Origin: Mycobacteriales bacterium
Lineage (GTDB): Bacteria; Actinomycetota; Actinomycetes; Mycobacteriales; QHCD01
Reading direction: 5' to 3'
Length of the DNA stretch: 64,000 bases
Assembly: GCA_038253135.1 (NCBI GenBank)
Contig: JBBSHJ010000004.1
Location: 801-64,800, forward strand
Shown here: positions 39,616 to 48,785 of the stretch, in pieces
Layout: the number at the start of each line of letters is the position of its first letter
How positions within the stretch are numbered: position 1 is the first letter of the stretch
Made by a program: the position numbers and the translations under genes
The notes under the pieces: model-generated
What the model saw: only the letters and a program-made list of their open reading frames with translations
Told to the model about the DNA's origin: nothing
The model's database searches: none

Positions 39616-42600
39616 ATGACGCCGAGAGCCATTTCCCGCATCGCGATCGTCAACCGCGGCGAAGCGGCCATCCGGCTGATCCACGCCGTACGCGATCTCA
39701 ATGCTCGAACCTGCGCCGGCGAGCGGCCGATGACGACCATCGCCCTCTTCACCGACGCCGAGCGGCATGCGATGTTCGTCCGGGAGGCCGACGAGGCGCA
39801 TGGCCTTGGTCCCGCGGCAAACCGGCCGTATCTCGACCTCGCCGTGCTCGAGCGCGCGCTGGCCGAGACCGCCGCGGACGCCGTATGGGTGGGCTGGGGC
39901 TTCGTCGCCGAGGATCCGGCGTTCGCGGAGCTGTGCCGGCGGGTCGGCGTGAGTTTTATCGGGCCGAGCCCCGCGGCAATGCGCAAGCTCGGGGACAAGA
40001 TCGGCGCCAAGCTGATCGCCGAGCGGGCCGGCCTGCCAGTGGCGCCGTGGAGCCACGGGTCGGTCGACACGCTCGAGGACGCCCTCGATCAGGCTCGGGG
40101 AGTCGGCTACCCGCTCATGCTCAAGGCCAGCGCCGGCGGCGGCGGTCGAGGCATCCGGCTGATCCGGTCCGCCGACGAGCTCCGCGAGGCGTATGTGCGG
40201 ACCAGGGAGGAGGCGCAGCGCGCGTTCGGCAGCGGGGTGCTCTTCCTCGAGCAGCTTCTCACGGGAGCCCGTCACGTCGAGGTGCAGATCCTCGCCGACG
40301 GACAGGGCACCGCATGGGCGGTCGGGGTGCGTGACTGTTCGCTGCAGCGGCGCAACCAGAAGGTCATCGAGGAGTCGGCCTCACCGGTCCTCGCCGGCGG
40401 GCAGGTCCGCGAGCTGAAGGAGGCCGCCGAGCGGCTCGCCCTCGCCGTCGACTACGAGGGGGCCGGCACGGTGGAGTTCCTCTACCAGCCCGGGCAGCAC
40501 AGGTTCGCCTTCCTGGAGGTCAACACCCGGCTGCAGGTCGAGCACCCCGTCACCGAGGTCACGACGGGGATCGACCTCGTCCAGGCCCAGATTCACATCG
40601 CCGGCGGGGGCCGGCTCGACGGGCCACGCCCGGCGGAGGTCGGTCACGCGATCGAGGCGAGGCTCAACGCCGAGGATCCCGACCGCGACTTCGCGCCCGC
40701 ACCGGGCCGGATCTCGCTGCTGCGCCTGCCGGCCGGGCCGGGCACGCGCGTCGACACGGGCATGGGCGAGGGTGATGAGATCCCCGCCGACTTCGACTCG
40801 ATGATCGCCAAGATCATCGCCTACGGCCGCGACCGCAACGAGGCCATCGCCCGACTGCGCCGAGCGGTCGGAGAGACGGCGGTCGTCATCGACGGCGGTA
40901 CGACGAACAAGACCTTCCTGCTCGACCTGCTCGCGCAGCCGGAGTTCCTCGACGGCACGGCCGACACCGGGTGGATCGATCGAGCCCGCGCAGAGGGGCG
41001 GCTGGTCTCCCACGAGCACAGTGGCGTCGCGCTCGTCGCCGCCGGCATCGAGGCCTACGAAGCCGAGGAGCTGCTCGAGCGGACCCGCCTCTTCGAGACC
41101 TCCCGCGGCGGCCGGCCGCAGGCCCAGCACGAGGCCGGCCGGCCGCTCGAGCTCGAGCTGCGAGGTACGACGTACAAGGTCACGGTGCTGCAGACGGGAC
41201 CCCGGCGCTTCCGCGTCGGCGTGCTCGCACCGGACGGCCGTACGGCACGGGTCGACGCCGAGCTCGAGCGCCTCGACGCCCACACCGCCCGCATCAGCGT
41301 CGGTGCCCGCACGCATCGGCTGCTCACCGCCGGTCACGGCCCGCTGCGCCTCGTCGAGATCGACGGGGTCGCCCACCGGGTGAGCCGGGACGAGGGCGGT
41401 GTGCTGCGGGCCCCCTCGCCCGCCTTCGTCGTCGCGGTCCCGGCGCCGCCCGGATCCGAGGTCGCTGCCGGCGAGCCCGTCGTCGTGCTCGAGAGCATGA
41501 AGATGGAAGCCGTCATCACGGCTCCGCTCGCCGCGACGGTGAAACAGGTCTTCGTCTCGGCCGGCAGCCAGGTGGAGACCGGCGCGCCGCTCGTGCGCCT
41601 GGAGCCGACCGGCGCGGGCAGCGAGCCGACCACGGCAGTCCCGGCGTGCGCCGGCGCCGACCTCGATCTTCCCGACGCCTCGGTCACCCCGACGGCCGAT
41701 CCGCGCGACCGAGCGGCGCGATGTCGTGCCGAGCTGACCGCGTTGCTCCTCGGCTACGACGTCGATCCCGATGACGACGGCCATCTCCTGCAGAGTTACC
41801 TGCAGGTGCGTGATGAGCTCGCCGCAGCCGGCACGCCGTGCGTCGCCGACGAGGTGGACATGCTCGCGGTCTTCGCCGACATCGCCGAGCTGGGCCGCAA
41901 CCGCCCGGTCGACGAACAGGAGCACACCGAGCACACCGTGCACAGCCCGCGGGAGCACTTCCACAGCTACCTGCAGAGCCTGGACGCCGATCGCGGCGAG
42001 CTCCCCGACTCGTTCCGGGACCGGCTCTCCCGGGTGCTGCGGCACTACGGCATTGCTGGGGGCATTTCTGGGGACGTCAATGGGCACGCCAATGGGGGCG
42101 CCAATGGGGGCGTCACCGGGAGCACCACCGGGCTCGACCGCACGCCTGAGCTCGAGGACGCCGTCTTCCGGGTCTTCCTCGCCCAGCAGCGGTCCACCCT
42201 AGACGTCGCCCTGGCCACGTCGATCCTGCAGCGGTGGGTGGCCGAGCCATGTCCTCCGGACGGGACGGCTCGGCTGGCCCGCGAGGTGCTCGACCGGCTC
42301 GTGCTCGCCACCCAGCGACGCATCCCGGTCGTCGGAGATCTCGCTCGCAGCGCCCGGTTCCGGTGGTTCGACCAACCGCTCGTCGATGCCGAGCGGGCCA
42401 GCGTGCTGGCCGACGCCCGGCGGCAGGTCCAGCACCTGGCGGCCGATCCCGAGGGGGCGGACCGCGCGGCCCGGATCGATGCGCTCGCCGCCATTCCCGA
42501 GCCGATCGTCGGATTTCTCTTCGATCGGCTCCGGGACGGCGTACCCGACTACGAGCCGATGCTCGAAGTGCTCATCAGGCGGCACTATCGCGAGCATGCG

Positions 42601-45225
42601 CTCGACGCGCGGCCGAGATCGGTTGACGGCCGGCCGTTCGCCGTCGCGGATTACGTGCTCGACGGGCAGGCAGTCCGTCTCGTGTCGACCGTCGGCCTCG
42701 TCTCCGAGCTCACGCCGAACGGCGGGCTGATCGGCGCAGTCCAGGCGCAGGTGGCCGATCGGGGAGTGGGCCAGCAGGCGGTGGTCGACCTCTACCTCGG
42801 CTGGCCGGATGCCCCCGACGATGCTGATGGGACGGCTGCGCAGCTGGTCGAGATGCTCGCGCCGCTCGCCGCCGATCCCGGGCTGCGGCGCGTCGCGGTC
42901 GCTGTCGGCCCGCGCGGGGACCGGCCGGTCCGCTACTACACCTTCCATCGTGACGACGGCTCCATCGACGCTCGCATCGTCGAGGATCGGCTCGTTCGCG
43001 ACATGCACCCCATGGTCGGCCGGCGGCTGAATCTGTGGCGCCTCCGCGAATTCGACGTCGTCCGCCTGCAGGCACCGGCCGACGTGCTCCTCTACCGCTG
43101 CACGGCGCGGGGTAACCCGGCCGATCGACGGCTGGTCGCCATGGCGCAGGTGCGGCAACTGGTCGTCGTACGCGGCGACGACGGGACCGTGACGTCGCTG
43201 CCGCACGTCGAGCGGGCGGTCGCGAACTGTATCGAGGCCATCCGGCGCGAGCGAGCCGCCGAAGGCGGGCATCTCGACGGCAATCTTGTGTGGGTGCAGC
43301 TCTGGCCGGTGGTCGAGGCACCGCTCGAGCAGCTCACGGCGCTGCAATCGAAGATCGTGCCGCTCAGCGTCGACGCCGGAATCGACGAGGTGGTCGTCCA
43401 GGGTCGGGTGGCGACCGGAGACGGTGCGGCCGCCCCCGTCGTGGCGCGGTTCCACTCCCAGCCCGGATCGGGCGTCGGAGCGAGCATCGAGCCGCCGCCG
43501 ACCGAGCCGCTGCACCCGCTCGACGACTACGCGGAGAAGGTGCAACGCGCTCGGCGGCGAGGCCTGCTCTACCCCTACGAGCTGCAGGCGCTCATCGCCG
43601 GGCGCGGTGGTACGTCGACGGAGTACGACCTCGAAGACGGCGACCGGCTGGCGCCGGTCGACCGGCCCTACGGCCTCAACACGGCCGGGATCATCGTCGG
43701 CGTGGTCTCCACGCCGACCGCTGTCTGTCCCGAGGGCGTGACCCGCCTGATCATGTGTGGTGATCCGACCCGTGCCCTCGGGGCGGTCTCCGAGGCGGAG
43801 TGCCGGCGGATCGTGGCCGCCCTCGATCTCGCCGAGCAGATGAAGGTGCCCATCGAGTGGTTCGCCGTCTCGGCGGGCGCGCGGATCGCCATGGACTCCG
43901 GCACCGAGAACATGGATTGGGTGGCCCGCGCGCTCAAGCGCATCGTCCAATTCACCCAGTCCGGAGGCGAGATCAATATCGTCGTCGCCGGCATCAATGT
44001 CGGGGCCCAGCCCTACTGGAACGCCGAGGCCACGATGCTCATGCACACCAAGGGCATCCTTGTCATGACGCCGGACAGCGCGATGGTGTTGACCGGAAAG
44101 CAGACGCTCGACTTCGCCGGTGGCGTCTCCGCCGAGGACAACTTCGGAATCGGCGGATACGACCGGGTCATGGGACCGAACGGGCAGGCGCAGTATTGGG
44201 CACCAGATCTGACCGGTGCACGCGACATTCTCATGGCTCACTATGCGCACAGTTACGTCGTGCCCGGCGAGCAGCGACCGCGCCGCGCGGCCACGACCGA
44301 CCCCGTCGACCGGGACATCACGCCCTATCCGCACTCCGCCCCTGGGACCGAATTCACAACGGTCGGTGACATCTTCTCGGCCCGCACAAATCGCGACCGG
44401 AAGAAGCCATTCGACATTCGCACCCTCATGCGGTCGGTGTCGGACCAGGACCACCAGCCGCTGGAGCGCTGGGCCGGCATGGCCGACGCCGAGACCGCCG
44501 TCGTGCAGGACGTGCATCTCGGTGGCCTGCCGGCGACGTTGATCGGCATCGAGTCGAAATCGGTGCCAAGGCGCGGATATCCGCCCAGCGACGGGCCCGA
44601 CACCTACACGGCGGGCACGCTCTTTCCCCGGTCGTCGAAGAAGGTTGCCCGCGCCATCAATGCGGCGAGCGGAAACCGTCCGGTCGTGGTGCTCGCAAAC
44701 TTGTCCGGCTTCGACGGCTCGCCCGACTCGATGCGGCACCTCCAGCTCGAATACGGTGCTGAAATCGGCCGTGCGGTCGTCAACTTCGACGGGCCGATCG
44801 TCTTTGTCGTGGTCTCCCGTTACCACGGCGGCGCGTTCGTCGTCTTCTCGAAGGCGCTCAACCCGCAGATGACCGTGCTCGCCGTCGAAGGATCCTTCGC
44901 GTCCGTCATCGGCGGCGCACCGGCAGCCGCGGTCGTCTTCGCGCGCGACGTGGACGCCCGCACGGCCGATGACCGCCGGGTCAGGCAACTCGACGGCGAG
45001 GTCAACCGGGCGCAGGGCGCCAAGCGGGCCCAGCTCGCCACCGAGCTCGCCGAGCTGCGCACCACCGTCCGCGCCGAGAAGATCGGCGAGGTCGCGACGG
45101 AATTCGACGCCGTGCACAGCATCCAGCGAGCGGTGGGTGTCGGCTCCGTCGACGAAATCATCGCGGCCGCCGATCTGCGGCCACGCATCGTCGCCGCACT
45201 CGAGGCCGATCACTGCGTCGACTGA
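39616..45225 (+). CDS. Single-chain multidomain biotin-dependent carboxylase (BC - BCCP - ~600-aa central region - CT)
   Basis: ATG 39616 gives ISRIAIVNRGEAAIR. KASAGGGGRGIR, EVNTRLQVEHPVTE (BC). VVLESMKMEAV (biotinyl-Lys codon 41500-41502). C-terminal carboxyltransferase blocks (FAVSAGARI, INVGAQPYW, SRYHGGAFVV). 1,869 aa. Confidence 0.85.
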   Translation: MTPRAISRIAIVNRGEAAIRLIHAVRDLNARTCAGERPMTTIALFTDAERHAMFVREADEAHGLGPAANRPYLDLAVLERALAETAADAVWVGWGFVAEDPAFAELCRRVGVSFIGPSPAAMRKLGDKIGAKLIAERAGLPVAPWSHGSVDTLEDALDQARGVGYPLMLKASAGGGGRGIRLIRSADELREAYVRTREEAQRAFGSGVLFLEQLLTGARHVEVQILADGQGTAWAVGVRDCSLQRRNQKVIEESASPVLAGGQVRELKEAAERLALAVDYEGAGTVEFLYQPGQHRFAFLEVNTRLQVEHPVTEVTTGIDLVQAQIHIAGGGRLDGPRPAEVGHAIEARLNAEDPDRDFAPAPGRISLLRLPAGPGTRVDTGMGEGDEIPADFDSMIAKIIAYGRDRNEAIARLRRAVGETAVVIDGGTTNKTFLLDLLAQPEFLDGTADTGWIDRARAEGRLVSHEHSGVALVAAGIEAYEAEELLERTRLFETSRGGRPQAQHEAGRPLELELRGTTYKVTVLQTGPRRFRVGVLAPDGRTARVDAELERLDAHTARISVGARTHRLLTAGHGPLRLVEIDGVAHRVSRDEGGVLRAPSPAFVVAVPAPPGSEVAAGEPVVVLESMKMEAVITAPLAATVKQVFVSAGSQVETGAPLVRLEPTGAGSEPTTAVPACAGADLDLPDASVTPTADPRDRAARCRAELTALLLGYDVDPDDDGHLLQSYLQVRDELAAAGTPCVADEVDMLAVFADIAELGRNRPVDEQEHTEHTVHSPREHFHSYLQSLDADRGELPDSFRDRLSRVLRHYGIAGGISGDVNGHANGGANGGVTGSTTGLDRTPELEDAVFRVFLAQQRSTLDVALATSILQRWVAEPCPPDGTARLAREVLDRLVLATQRRIPVVGDLARSARFRWFDQPLVDAERASVLADARRQVQHLAADPEGADRAARIDALAAIPEPIVGFLFDRLRDGVPDYEPMLEVLIRRHYREHALDARPRSVDGRPFAVADYVLDGQAVRLVSTVGLVSELTPNGGLIGAVQAQVADRGVGQQAVVDLYLGWPDAPDDADGTAAQLVEMLAPLAADPGLRRVAVAVGPRGDRPVRYYTFHRDDGSIDARIVEDRLVRDMHPMVGRRLNLWRLREFDVVRLQAPADVLLYRCTARGNPADRRLVAMAQVRQLVVVRGDDGTVTSLPHVERAVANCIEAIRRERAAEGGHLDGNLVWVQLWPVVEAPLEQLTALQSKIVPLSVDAGIDEVVVQGRVATGDGAAAPVVARFHSQPGSGVGASIEPPPTEPLHPLDDYAEKVQRARRRGLLYPYELQALIAGRGGTSTEYDLEDGDRLAPVDRPYGLNTAGIIVGVVSTPTAVCPEGVTRLIMCGDPTRALGAVSEAECRRIVAALDLAEQMKVPIEWFAVSAGARIAMDSGTENMDWVARALKRIVQFTQSGGEINIVVAGINVGAQPYWNAEATMLMHTKGILVMTPDSAMVLTGKQTLDFAGGVSAEDNFGIGGYDRVMGPNGQAQYWAPDLTGARDILMAHYAHSYVVPGEQRPRRAATTDPVDRDITPYPHSAPGTEFTTVGDIFSARTNRDRKKPFDIRTLMRSVSDQDHQPLERWAGMADAETAVVQDVHLGGLPATLIGIESKSVPRRGYPPSDGPDTYTAGTLFPRSSKKVARAINAASGNRPVVVLANLSGFDGSPDSMRHLQLEYGAEIGRAVVNFDGPIVFVVVSRYHGGAFVVFSKALNPQMTVLAVEGSFASVIGGAPAAAVVFARDVDARTADDRRVRQLDGEVNRAQGAKRAQLATELAELRTTVRAEKIGEVATEFDAVHSIQRAVGVGSVDEIIAAADLRPRIVAALEADHCVD

Positions 45226-45283
45226 CGGAAGGCGCCAGCACCGGCGAGCTGACCGCGATGAGAGGTGCGGAGAGGTACTGACC

Positions 45284-45349
45284 GTGGTTCACCATCTGGA
45301 TACCTCAGCGCTCGTCAAGCTCGTCGTGGCCGAGTCCGCGCGTGACGTC
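45284..45349 (+). pseudogene. 22-codon N-terminal stump of a PIN-domain (VapC-like) gene
   Basis: VVHHLDTSALVKLVVAESARDV is the canonical PIN N-terminus (first acidic residue in LDTSAL). It runs straight into the tRNA 3' end. Confidence 0.45.
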
Positions 45350-45352
45350 CGG

Positions 45353-45426
45353 TGGGGCGGGTGGGTCTCGAACCCACGACCGACGGATTATGAGTCCGCT
45401 GCTCTGACCGACTGAGCTACCGCCCC
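45353..45426 (-). tRNA. tRNA with CAU anticodon (elongator Met, or Ile2 if lysidinylated)
   Basis: Hand-folded cloverleaf: acceptor GGGGCGG/CCGCCCC, D-stem GCTC/GAGC, anticodon stem GCGGA/TCCGT, loop CTCATAA, T-arm GTGGG-TTCGAGA-CCCAC. G1-C72 pair argues against an initiator. CCA not encoded. Confidence 0.9.
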
Positions 45427-45565
45427 GGCGCTGGGCCAGCCTACGAGATCAGGGACGGCGTACCGAAATGGGCTTGCCACGATGCGTCCGATCGGCCACG
45501 CTCTGGGCAGACCCCACGCGACCGGTTGACTTGTCGGCGCGTCCCGAGAGCGAAGGAGGACCACG

Positions 45566-45640
45566 ATGTTCGCCAGCGTGCTGGGCACTCACGTGCCCGC
45601 AACATCCCTCCCCGCCTCCACGGTCTCGCCGCGCAGCTGA
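45566..45640 (+). CDS. 24-codon sORF with strong Shine-Dalgarno
   Basis: GAAGGAGGA 6 nt upstream of the ATG. MFASVLGTHVPATSLPASTVSPRS. 45 nt upstream of the RIO kinase gene. Confidence 0.2.
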   Translation: MFASVLGTHVPATSLPASTVSPRS

Positions 45641-45685
45641 GCGCGGTACGCCGACCTGGGGCGGCTCATCCCCTGGAGTTCACCA

Positions 45686-46642
45686 GTGCCACGCAAGTTC
45701 GACCTGTACGACGACGATGCCCCTGACGGCCGGCCGCGCCACCGCGACGATCACGAGCGGGCGGCCGCGCGCGTCATGCGCACCCGCACCCGCGCCAAGG
45801 TTTTCGACGACCGGACACCGCTCGAGCTGGTCGACAGCACGGACACCGAAGCGAGCGCCGAGCGCCCGGCCGGCGACCGGTGGTCCACCTACAACGTTCC
45901 CGGGATCACGGCTGGTCCCGAACCGGTTCCGGCTTGGGTCGTCACCGAGGACGCCGCGGTCGACATCGAGCTCGGCGTCCTCAAGACCGGCAAGGAGGCC
46001 GACGTCTTCCTTGTCGAGCGCGGAATTCCCGACACCGACCGGCGCGTTCTGATGGCCGCCAAGCGCTATCGCGATCTCGACCATCGGGCCTTCCGGAGAG
46101 ACGTGGCGTACCTCGAGGGTCGCAACGTGCGAAAATCCCGCGAACGCCGGGCGCTGGCGAATCGCACCAGGTTTGGTCGCCAGGTTGCGGCGACGGAATG
46201 GGCGATCACCGAATTCGGCGTGCTAACAACGCTGTGGGAGCTAGGCGCGCCCGTCCCCTATCCGGTGCAGCTCGACCGCACGGAGATCCTCCTCGAATTC
46301 ATCGGCGATGACGACGGCGGGGCGGCCCCCCGGCTCGCCGAAATCCGGCCCTCCGAGGAAGAGGCCCGTTCCCTTTGGCAGCAATGCCTTGCGGCCATGT
46401 CGACGCTCGCCAGGGCCGGTTATACGCACGGCGACCTGTCGGCGTACAACCTGCTCGTCCATGACGGACGGCTCGTGATGATCGATGTCCCGCAAGCGGT
46501 CGACGTCATCACCAATCCGCAGGGCCCTGATTTCCTGGTCCGCGACGTGCGCAATATCGCGGGCTGGTTCACCACCCATGGTAGGCCCGACATCGATCCC
46601 GAGCAGATTGCCGCGGAACTGATTTCCGAGACCGGGATGTAG
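45686..46642 (+). CDS. RIO-type serine protein kinase
   Basis: LKTGKEADVF (ATP-loop), MAAKRY (Lys), YTHGDLSAYNLLV (catalytic loop), MIDVPQAV (metal loop). Confidence 0.8.
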   Translation: MPRKFDLYDDDAPDGRPRHRDDHERAAARVMRTRTRAKVFDDRTPLELVDSTDTEASAERPAGDRWSTYNVPGITAGPEPVPAWVVTEDAAVDIELGVLKTGKEADVFLVERGIPDTDRRVLMAAKRYRDLDHRAFRRDVAYLEGRNVRKSRERRALANRTRFGRQVAATEWAITEFGVLTTLWELGAPVPYPVQLDRTEILLEFIGDDDGGAAPRLAEIRPSEEEARSLWQQCLAAMSTLARAGYTHGDLSAYNLLVHDGRLVMIDVPQAVDVITNPQGPDFLVRDVRNIAGWFTTHGRPDIDPEQIAAELISETGM

Positions 46643-46663
46643 CCGCCGACCCGTCCCGCGGTT

Positions 46664-48628
46664 CTACGACGTCCACGCCCGCCACAGGGCGGCGTACTCC
46701 CCGTCGAGCGTGAGCAGCTCGTCGTGGCTGCCGAGCTCGGCGATCCGGCCGTCGATCACGACCGCGATCCGATCCGCGTCGTGCGCGGTGTGCAGCCGGT
46801 GCGCGATCGCGACGACCGTGCGCCCGGTGAGCAACGCGTTCATCGAGCCCTCGAGGTGCCGGGCCGTGCGCGGGTCGATCAGCGACGTCGCCTCGTCCAG
46901 CACGAGGGTGTGCGGATCGGCGATGATCAGCCGGGCCAGGGCGATCTGCTGGGCCTGCGCGGGAGTCAGCGCGGTGTTGCCGGCGCCCAGCTTCGTGCCG
47001 AGCCCGTCGGGCAGCCGGGAGACCCAGTCCCAGGCGTCGACCGCGGCCAGCGCCGACTGCACGACGCTGTCATCGGAGTCCTCCCGGGCCAGGATGATGT
47101 TGTCGCGCACCGAGCCGACGAAGACGTGCTGCTCCTGCGTGACCAGCGCGACCTCGGTCCGCAGCACCGGCAGCGGCAGCGCGACCAGGTCGATGCTGCC
47201 GACGGTGACCGAGCCGGTCCTCGGTCCGTTGATCCCCGCCAGCAGCCGACCCAGCGTCGACTTGCCGGAGCCGGACGGCCCGACGATGGCCAGCCGCTCG
47301 CCGACCCTGAGATCCATGTCGATCCCATGCAGGACATCGTGCCCCTCCCGGTAGGCGAATCGCAGGTCCGATCCGACGAGGTGCACGCCCTGCGGATCCT
47401 CGTCCTGCGGCTCGCGGTCCGGCGGGATCGTCGCGATCCCGAGCAGCCGCGACGTCGATGCGGCGCCCACCTGCAACCGGTCGACGGTCGACACGAAGAG
47501 ATCGAGCGGGCCGAAGAGGCCCTCGATGTAGAGCACGGCGGCGGTGATCTGTCCGAGGCTGACCCAGCCCTTGCCGTAGGCGTAAGCGCCGAGCAGGACC
47601 GTCACACCGCGGGGCGCGTTGAAGGCCACGTCCATGACGATGAACAGCAGATTGCGCAGCGACATCGTGTAACGCTCGGCCTGCGCGGACACTGCGATGT
47701 CGTCGTCGTTACGGCCGATCCGCCGGTCCTGCAGGCCGAGCGCCTCGACCGTGCGAGCGCCCTCGACGGTCTCGGTCATCGTCGTGTTGATGCGCGAGTA
47801 GGTGCCGCCCTCGGTGATGTAGCCCTTCGGGGCGCGGGCGAGGTAGCGCCTGATCTGCAGCGCCGCGAGCGCGACGAGGACGAGCGAGGGTACGGCGAGG
47901 ATCGGCGAGTTGATGACGAGCGCGACAAACGTGAGGACAACGGTCAGCCCGGAGATGATCGCCTGCGGCATCGCCCACTGCACCGAGGCGCTCATCGTCC
48001 CAACGTCACGGGTGATACGGGTGACGAGGTCGCCCGTGCTGGCCCGCTCGACCGTGCCGAGCGGGAGCCGCAGGACCGCGCGCACGACGTACTCCCTGGC
48101 GGCGGCAAGCAGGTCCTGGCCGAACATCGTCGAGCTCGCGTTGGCCGCGAAGGTCAGGGCGCTCTGCACGATCACGATGCCGCTGACCGCCAGCGCGAGC
48201 GCGTTGACGTGGCTCATGACCGTGCCGCCGCCGGCGGTCGAATTCACCAACGAGCCGAGCAGGCGCGGCACGAAGAGACCGGACACGGCGGCCAGCACGT
48301 TGAGCACGATGAGCAGGGCCAGGCCGCGCCTGCGGTCCCCTATCAGCCCGCGCATGAAGGACACGACCGCGGTGTTGTCGGCGACCGGCAGGCCGTTCTC
48401 CGGATCGCGCGAGGCCGCGAAATAGCGGTTGGCGCGCTCGGCCCGGAGCAGGTGGCGGCGATGCCAGGCGCCGATGCGTTCGCGCACCGACCCCGACGTC
48501 GGTGGGATCAGCTCCGGTGGCACGGCCGGCTCGACGGCCGGCCCGTCGTCGCGCCACGTGGCCGCCGACCCCTCGAAGAGCTCGTCCGCCATGGCCGCGC
48601 CGCGCGCGTGGTCGACGTCGGTGCTCAT
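46664..48628 (-). CDS. ABC exporter fused permease/ATPase, canonical Walker A/B, degenerate signature
   Basis: ATG 48628 with GGAGG 4 nt upstream. GPSGSGKST, LVLDEATS. The signature position reads LTPAQAQ instead of LSGGQ. Confidence 0.85.
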   Translation of the reverse strand: MSTDVDHARGAAMADELFEGSAATWRDDGPAVEPAVPPELIPPTSGSVRERIGAWHRRHLLRAERANRYFAASRDPENGLPVADNTAVVSFMRGLIGDRRRGLALLIVLNVLAAVSGLFVPRLLGSLVNSTAGGGTVMSHVNALALAVSGIVIVQSALTFAANASSTMFGQDLLAAAREYVVRAVLRLPLGTVERASTGDLVTRITRDVGTMSASVQWAMPQAIISGLTVVLTFVALVINSPILAVPSLVLVALAALQIRRYLARAPKGYITEGGTYSRINTTMTETVEGARTVEALGLQDRRIGRNDDDIAVSAQAERYTMSLRNLLFIVMDVAFNAPRGVTVLLGAYAYGKGWVSLGQITAAVLYIEGLFGPLDLFVSTVDRLQVGAASTSRLLGIATIPPDREPQDEDPQGVHLVGSDLRFAYREGHDVLHGIDMDLRVGERLAIVGPSGSGKSTLGRLLAGINGPRTGSVTVGSIDLVALPLPVLRTEVALVTQEQHVFVGSVRDNIILAREDSDDSVVQSALAAVDAWDWVSRLPDGLGTKLGAGNTALTPAQAQQIALARLIIADPHTLVLDEATSLIDPRTARHLEGSMNALLTGRTVVAIAHRLHTAHDADRIAVVIDGRIAELGSHDELLTLDGEYAALWRAWTS

Positions 48629-48629
48629 A

Positions 48630-48785
48630 CCGCCTCCGCGGAAAAGCGTGCGTCGGCGGTGCCCATAGCCGCCTCCGCGGAAAAGCATGCGTCGGCGGTG
48701 CCCATAGCCGCCTCCGCGGAAAAGCGTGCGTCGGCGGTGCCCATAGCCGCCTCCGCGGAAAAGCATGCGTCGGCGGTGCTCACGC
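48630..48785. repeat. 4 x 39-bp tandem repeat (CCGCCTCCGCGGAAAAGC[G/A]TGCGTCGGCGGTGCCCATAG)
   Basis: Counted directly. Units at 48630, 48669, 48708 and 48747 (last unit diverges at its end). G/A alternates at unit position 19. Fills the whole gap between the two ABC genes. Confidence 0.95.

Noticed and set aside
42199-45213. 1,004-aa minus-strand ORF
   Set aside because: It is antisense to the well-supported carboxylase CT domain. It is low-complexity and Arg/Gly-rich with no recognisable domain.
48630-48785. Tandem repeat considered as a CRISPR array
   Set aside because: The units are contiguous with no spacers. There are no cas genes, and the repeat contains SD+ATG copies of the adjacent gene start. 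It is a VNTR/MIRU-like repeat instead.
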